Source of the DNA: Malacoraja senta
Lineage: Eukaryota
Length of the DNA stretch: 55,572 nt
NCBI GenBank assembly: GCA_038087875.1
Contig: JAXLNO010000276.1
Coordinates: 1 to 55,572, forward strand
Reading direction: 5' to 3'
A model generated the notes under the pieces. The model ran no database searches and was not told where the DNA came from. It saw only the letters and a program-made list of their open reading frames with translations. Numbering within the stretch: position 1 is the stretch's first letter; each line of letters opens with the position of its first letter. The position numbers and the translations under genes are program-made. Positions 48,701 to 55,572 of this stretch are shown piece after piece.

Positions 48701-51700
48701 ATGGCGACCTTGCCGGATTTGTGGCGACCTTGCCGGAAATATGGCGACCTTGCCGGATTTGTGGCGACCTTGCCGGATTTATGGCGACATTGCCGAAAAT
48801 ATGGCTACCTTGCCGGATTTGTGGCGACCTTGCCGGATTCATGCGACCTTCCCGGAAATATGGCGAAGTTGCCAGATTTGTGGCGACCTTGCGGGATTAA
48901 TGGCGACATTGCCGGAATATATGGCGACCTTGTCGGATTTGCGGCGACCTTGCCAGATTTGTTGCGACCTTGCCGGAAATGTGGCGACTTTGCCGGATTT
49001 ATGGCGACCTTGTGGGATTTGTGGCGACCTTGCCGGATTTATGGCGACCTTGCGGGCAATGTGGCGACCTAGCCGGACTTGTGGTGACCTTGCCGGATTT
49101 GTGGCGAGGATGCCGGATTTATGGCGACCTTGCCGGAATGTTGCGACCTTGCTGGATTTGTGGCGACCTTGCCGAATTTATGGCTACCTTGATTGAAATG
49201 TGGCGACCTTGCCGGATTTGTCGCCACCTTGCCGGATTTGTGGCGACATTGCCGGATTTATGGCGTCCTTGCCGGAAATGTGGCGACCTTGCCGGATTTA
49301 TGGCGACCTTGCCGGATTTATGGCGACGTTGCTGGAAATGCGGCGACCTTCCCTGACATGTGGCGAACTTGACGGATTTGTGGCGACCTTGCCGGATTTA
49401 TGGCGACCTTGCCGTGGATGTGGCGACCTTGCCGTATTTGTGGCGACCTTGCAGGATTTATGGCGACCTTTGCCGCAAATGTGGTGACCTTGCCGGTTTT
49501 GTGGCGACCTTGCCGGATTTATGGCGACCGTGCCGGAAATATGACGACCTTGCCGGATTTGTGGCGACCTTGCCGGATTTATGGCGATCGTGCCGGAAAT
49601 ATGGCGAACTTGCCAGATGTATGGCGACCTTGCCGGAAATATGGCGATCTTCCCTGATTTGTGGCCACCATGCCGGAATTATGGCGACCTTGCCGGAAAT
49701 ATGGCGACCTTGCCGGATTTGTGGCGACCTTGCCGGAAATATGGCGACCTTGCCGGATTTGTGGCGACCTTGCCGGATTTATGGCGACCTTGCCGAAAAT
49801 ATGGCTACCTTGCCGGATTTGTGGCGACCTTGCCGGATTCATGCGACCTTCCCGGAAATATGGCGAAGTTGCCAGATTTGTGGCGACCTTGCGGGATTTA
49901 TGGCGACATTGCCGGAATATATGGCGACCTTTTCGGATTTGCGGCGACCTTGCCAGATTTGTTGCGACCTTGCCGGAAATGTGGCGACCTTGCCGGATTT
50001 ATGGCGACCTTGTGGGATTTGTGGCGACCTTGCCGGATTTATGGCGACCTTGCCGGCAATGTGGCGACCTAGCCGGACTTGTGGTGACCTTGCCGGATTT
50101 GTGGCGAGGATGCCGGATTTATGGCGACCTTGCCGGAATGTTGCGACCTTGCTGGATTTGTGGCGACCTTGCCGAATTTATGGCTACCTTGATTGAAATG
50201 TGGCGACCTTGCCGGATTTGTCGCCACCTTGCCGGATTTGTGGCGACCTTGCCAGATTTATGGCGACCTTGCCGGAAATATGGCGACCTTGCCGGATTTG
50301 TGGTGACCTTGCCGGAAATATGGCGACCTTGCCGGGAATGTGGCGACCTTGCCGGATTTGTGGCGACCTTGCCGGATTTAAGGCGTCCTTGCCGGAAATG
50401 TGGCGACCTTGCCGGATTTATGGCGACCTTGCCGGATTTATGGCGACGTTGCCGGAATGCGGCGACCTTCCCTGACATGTGGCGCACTTGACGGATTTGT
50501 GGCGACCTTGCCGGATTTATGGCGACCTTGCCGTGGATGTGGCGACCTTGCCGTATTTGTGGCGACCTTGCAGGATTTATGGCGACCTTGCCGCAAATGT
50601 GGTGACCTTGCCGGATTTGTGGCGACCTTGCCGGATTTATGGCGACCTTGTGGGATTTGTGGCGACCTTGCCGGATTTAAGGCGACCTTGCCGGCAATGT
50701 GGCGAACTAGCCGGACTTGTGGCGACCTTGCAGGATTCATGGCGACCTTGCCGGAATGTTGCGACCTTGCTGGATTTGTGGCGACCTTGCCGAATTTATG
50801 GCTACCTTGATTGAAATGTGGCGACCTTGCCGGATTTGTCGCTACCTTGCCGGATTTGTGGCGACCTTGCCGGATTTATGGCGACCTTGCCGGAAATATG
50901 GTGACATTGCCGGAGTTGTGGCGACCTTGCCGGAAATATGGCGACCTTGCCGGATTTTTGGCGACCTTGACGGATTTATGGCGACCTTGCCGGAAATATG
51001 GCTACCTTGCCGGATTTGTGGCGACTTTGCCGGATTCATGGCGACCTTGCCGGAAATATGGCGACCTTGCCGGATTTGTGGCGACCTTGGGCGATTTGTT
51101 GCGACCTTGCCGGAAATGTGGCGACCTTGCCGGATTTGTGGCGGCCGTGCCGGATTTATGGCTACCTTGCCGGAAATAGGCGACTCTGCCGGATTTGTGG
51201 CGACCTTGCCGGATTTATGGCGACCTTGCCGGATTTGTGGCGACCTTACCGGATTTATGGCGACCTTGCCGGATTTATGGCGACCTTGCCGCATTTGTGG
51301 CGACCTTGCCGGATTTATGGCGACCTTGCCAGAAATATGCCGACCTTGCCGCATTTGTGCCGACTTTGCCTGATTTATGGCGACCTTGCCGGATTTATGG
51401 CGACCTTGCCGGCAATGTGGCGACCTAGCCGGACTTGTTGCGACCAAGCCGGACTTGTGGCGACCTTGCCGGATTCATGGCGACCTTGCCGGAAATGTGG
51501 TGACCTTGCCGGATTTATGGCGACGATGCCGGATTTATGGCGACCTTGCCGGAATGTTGCGACCTTGCTGGATTTGTGGCGACCTTGCCGAATTTATGGC
51601 TACCTTGATTGAAATGTGGCGACCTTGCCGGATTTGTCGCCACCTTGCCGGATTTGTGGCGACCTTGCCGGATTTATGGCGACCTTGCCGGAAATATGGC

Positions 51701-51881
51701 GACCTTGCCGGATTTGTGGCGACCTAGCCGGAAATATGGCGACCTTGCCGGAAATTTGGCGACCTTGCCGGATTTGTGGCGACCTTGCCGGATTTATGGC
51801 GTCCTTGCCGGAAATGTGGCGACCTTGCCGGATTTATGGCGACCTTGTCGGATTTGTGACGACTTTGCCGGATTTATGGCG
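39761..51881. repeat. 20-bp satellite array segment with 359-, 2594- and 1000-bp duplications
   Basis: 42031-44624 matches 44625-47218. ~48500-49250 matches ~49500-50250. ~41110-41470 matches ~41470-41830. Confidence 0.99.
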
Positions 51882-51882
51882 G

Positions 51883-52592
51883 TTCCCCTCCTCCGCCATA
51901 GATGAGGCTCGCACCAGGGTCTCTGCCATACCCCGCAACACTGGTCTCTCTCCCCATCCTCCCACTCACAACAAGGGCAGAGTCCCCCTAGTCTTCACCT
52001 TTCACCCCACCAGCCGTCACATACAAGTGATCCTCCGTCAGTTTCGCCACCTCCAACGTGACCCCACCACTCGCCACATCTTCCCATCTCCCTCCATGTC
52101 TGCCTTCCGCAAAGACGCTCCCTCCGTAACTCCCGTGTCAATTCTTCCCTTCCCTCCCATACCACCCCCTCCCCTGGTACTTTCCCTTGCAACCGCAAGA
52201 GATGCAACACTTGTCCCTTCACCTCCCCCCTCGACTCCATTCAAGGACCCAAGCAGTCGTTCCAGGTGCGACAGAGGTTCACCTGCATCTCCTCCAACCA
52301 CATCTATTGCATCCGCTGCTCTAGATGCCAGCTGATCTACATCGGTGTGACCAAGCGGAGGATTGGCGATCGTTTCGTCGAACACCTCCGGTCGGTCCGC
52401 ATTAACCAACTTGACCGCCCGGTGGCTCAGCACTTCAACTCCCCCTCCCATTCCGTATCTGACCTCTCTGTCCTGGGTCTCCTCCATGGCCACAGCGAGC
52501 AACACCGTAAATTGGAGGAAATGCACCTCATATTCCGCTTGGGCAGTCTACATCCTGGGGGCTTGAACAATGAATTCTCCCAATTCTGCTAG
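51883..52592 (+). pseudogene. PLE RT C-terminus plus GIY-YIG endonuclease remnant, frameshifted
   Basis: A 1-nt loss near 52117 breaks the expected KDRSLRN. The endonuclease frame then stays open to TAG at 52590-52592. Confidence 0.88.
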
Positions 52593-52706
52593 CCCTCTGG
52601 TTGTCTCCTCCCCTTCATCAGCCCTCTGGTTGTCTCCTCCCCTCCCCCAGCCCTCAGGCTCCTCCTCCGCCTTTTTCCTTTTTTCCTTCCTTCTCCCCAC
52701 CCCCTA

Positions 52707-52746
52707 TCAGTCTGAAGAAGGGTTTTCGGCCCGAAACGTTGCCTAT
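52707..52746 (+). ncRNA. Minimal type I hammerhead ribozyme-like motif
   Basis: CTGAAGA (52712-52718), an extra A, stem II GGGT-TTTCG-GCCC, then GAAAC-GTT with a palindromic AACGTT helix III. Its position in a PLE terminal region is as expected. Helix I pairing is weak. Confidence 0.7.
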
Positions 52747-52806
52747 TTCCTTCGCTCCATAGATGCTGCTGCACCCGCTGAGTTTCTCCAGCATTTTTGT
52801 GTACCT

Positions 52807-55572
52807 TTTATGGCGAAGTTGCCGGAAATGCGGGGACCTTGCCTGAAATGTGGCGAACTTGACGGATTTGTGGCGACCTTGCCGGATTTATGGCGACCTT
52901 GCCGGGGATGTGGCGACCTTGCTGTATTTGTGGCGACCTTGCAGGATTTATGGCGACCTTGCCGCAAATGTGGTGACCTTGCCGGATTTGTGGCGACCTT
53001 GCCTGATTTATGGCGACCTTGTGGGATTTGTGTCGACTTTGCCGGATTTATGGTGACCTTGCCGGCAATGTGGCGACCTAGCCGGACTTGTGGCGACCTT
53101 GCCGTATTCATGGCGCCCTTGCCGGAATGTTGCGACCTTGCTGGATTTGTGGCGACCTTGCCGAATTTATGGCTACCTTGATTGAAATGTGGCGACCTTG
53201 CCGGATTTGTCGCCACCTTGCCGGATTTGTGGCGACCTTACCGGATTTGTGGCGACCTTGCCGGAAATACGGCGACCTTGCCGGATTTTTGGCGACCTTG
53301 ACGGATTTATGGCGACCTTGCCGGAACTATGGCTACCTTGCCGGATTTGTGGCGACTTTGCCGGATTCATCCCGACCTTGCCGGAAATATGGCGACCTTG
53401 TCGGATTTGTGGCGACCTTGGCCGATTTGTTGCGACATTGCCGGAAATGTGGCGACCTTGCCGGATTTGTGGCGGCCGTGCCGGATTTATGGCGACCTTG
53501 CCGGGAATAGGGTGACCTTGCCGGATTTATGGCGACCTTGTCGGATTTGTGGCGGCCTTGCCGGATTTATGGCGACCTTGCCGGAAATCTGGCGACCTTG
53601 CCTGAAATGTGGCGACCTTGACGGATATGTGGCGACCTTGCCGGATTTATGGCGACCTTGCCGGGGATGTGGCGACCATCCAGGATTTGTGGCGACCTTT
53701 TCAGATTTCTGGCGACCTGGCCGGAATTGTGGCGACCTTTCCGTATTTGTGGCGACCTTAACGGATTTATGGCGACCTTGCCGCAAATGTGGCGACCTTG
53801 CCGGATTTGACGCGACCGTGCCGAATTTATGGCTACCTTGATTGAAATGTGGCTACCTTCCCGGATTTATGGCGACCATTGCCGGATTTATGGCGACCTT
53901 GCTGGAAATGTGGCGACCTTGCCGGATTTGTGGCGACCTAGCCGTATTTATGGCGACCGTGCCGGAAATATGGCGACCTTGCCGGATTTATTGCTACGTT
54001 GCGGATTTATGGCGATCTTGCTGGGTTTATGGCGAACTTGCCGGAAATATGGCGACCTCGCCGGAATTATGGCGACCTTGACGGATTTATGGCGACCTTG
54101 CCGGAAATATGGCGACCTTGCCTGAAATGTGACGACCTTGACGGGTTTGTGGCGACCTTGGCGGATTAATGGTGACCTTGCCGGGGATGTGGCGACCATC
54201 CCGGATTTGTGGCGACCTTGCCTGATTTATGGCGACCTTGCCGGATTTGTGGCGACCTTGGGCGATTTGTTGCGACCTTGCCGGAAATGTGGCGACCTTG
54301 CCGGATTTGTGGCGACCTTGCCGAATTTATGGCTACCTTGATTTAAATGTGGCGAACTTCCCGGATTTGTGGCGACCTTGCCGGATTTATGGCGACCTCG
54401 CCGGATTTATGGCGACCTTGCCGGAAATATGGCGACCTTGCCGGAATAATGCGACCTTGCCGGATTGATGGCGCCTTGCCGTGAATATTGCGACCTCGCC
54501 GGGTTTATGGCGACCTTGCCGGATGTATGGCGACCTTGCCGGAATAATGGGGACCTCTCCGGATTTATGGCGACCTTGTCGGATTTGTGGCGACCTTGGC
54601 GGAAATATGGCGACCTTCCCTGATTTGTTGCCACGTTGCCGGAATTCTGGCGACCATGCCGGGAATATGGCGACCTTGCCGGATTTGTGGCGACCTTGCC
54701 GGGATTATGGCCATGATGTCGGAAATATGGCGACCTTGCCGGATTTGTGGCGACCTTGCCGGAAATATGGCGACCTTGCCGGATTTGTGGTGACCTTGCG
54801 GGATTTATGGCGACCTTGCCGGATTTGTGGCGGCCTTGTCGGATTCATGGCGAACTTGCCGGAAATAGGCGACTGCCGGATTTGTGGCGACCTTGCCTCA
54901 TTTGTGGCGACCTTGCCGGATTTATGGCGACCTTGCCGGAAATGTAGCGACCTTGCCGGATTTGACGCGACCTTGCCGAATTTATGGCTACCTTGATTTA
55001 AATGTGGCGAACTTCCCGGATTTGTGGCGACCTTGCCGGATTTATGGCGACCTTGCCGGAAATATGGCGACCTCGCCGGAATTATGGCGACCTTGCCGGA
55101 TTTATGGCGACCTCGCCGGATTTATGGCGACCTTGCCGGAAATATGGCGACCTTGCCGGATTAATGCGACCTTGCCGGATTTATGGCGCCTTGCCGTGAA
55201 TAGTGCGACCTCGCCGGGTTTATGGCGACCTTGCCGGATGTATGGCGACCTTGCCGGAATAATGGGGACCTTGCCGGAAATATGGCGACCTTCCCTGATT
55301 TGTTGCCACGTTGCCGGAATTCTGGCGACCATGCCGGGAATATGGCGACCTTGCCGGATTTGTGGCGACCTTGCCGGAATTATGGCCATGATGTCGGAAA
55401 TATGGCGACCTTGCCGGATTTGTGGCGACCTTGCCGGAAATATGGCGATCTTGCCGGATTTGTGGTGACCTTGCGGGATTTATGGCGACCTTGCCGGATT
55501 TGTGGCGGCCTTGCCGGATTCATGGGGAACTTGCCGGAAATAGGCGACTGCCGGATTTGTGGCGACCTTGCC
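52807..55572. repeat. 20-bp satellite array segment, open at window end
   Basis: Tandem monomers. Confidence 0.99.

Larger units (their letters stand above)
51882..52806 (+). mobile_element. 5'-truncated Penelope-like element (Neptune-type) with GIY-YIG endonuclease and hammerhead-containing 3' end
   Basis: The RT thumb/linker RVPLVFTFHP...IFPSP.MSAFRKD is followed by a Cys-rich linker CNRKRCNTCP and GIY-YIG IYCIRCSRCQLIYIGVTKRRIGDRFVEH...VAQHFN...E...PGGLN. The element is flanked by a 9-bp TTTATGGCG duplication (51873-51881 and 52807-52815). Confidence 0.93.

Noticed and set aside
51616..52335. Satellite-PLE fusion ORF (239 aa) as a chimeric gene
   Set aside because: It arises automatically from the stop-free satellite and shifts out of the PLE frame at ~52117, before the endonuclease.
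1..55572. Hundreds of MATLPDLWRPCRI.../RQGRHKSGKVA... ORFs as protein-coding genes
   Set aside because: They overlap in all frames and on both strands, follow from a stop-free 20-bp monomer, and are broken freely by indels and stops. No splice or unique-domain evidence supports them.
1..55572. CRISPR-like array (constant repeat plus variable spacer)
   Set aside because: The variable part is only 5 nt with four recurring states, there are no unique spacers or cas genes, and the context is eukaryotic retroelements.

Overview
This is eukaryotic DNA, most likely teleost fish judging by the SINE/L2 types (inference). About 86% of the window is a single-orientation tandem array of a 20-bp GC-rich monomer, consensus GGCGACCTTGCCGGA-WWTRT. 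Seven retroelement segments from four original insertion events interrupt it. (1) A 5'-truncated L2 LINE with a (CCTTG)n tail is present twice with identical junctions (3199-4342 and 38607-39760, minus strand). (2) An internally deleted Ty3/Gypsy (Mag-like) LTR retrotransposon has 204-bp LTRs, PBS, PPT and a 5-bp TSD (8599-11903, minus). (3) A tRNA-derived CORE-type SINE with an L2-type tail is present three times with identical junctions (24011-27765, minus). (4) A 5'-truncated Penelope-like element has a GIY-YIG endonuclease and a minimal hammerhead ribozyme motif (51882-52806, plus). The satellite is hierarchically organised, with nested higher-order duplications (159, 359, 598, 1000, 1153, 1536, 1579/1817 and 2594 bp) inside an apparent ~35-kb super-repeat. 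The hundreds of repetitive ORFs in the ORF track arise because the monomer is stop-free and are not called as genes. No intact host gene is visible, and I found no clear evidence of a wholly new system. The best leads are the ribozyme-bearing PLE, the LINE tail that mirrors the satellite, and the array architecture.
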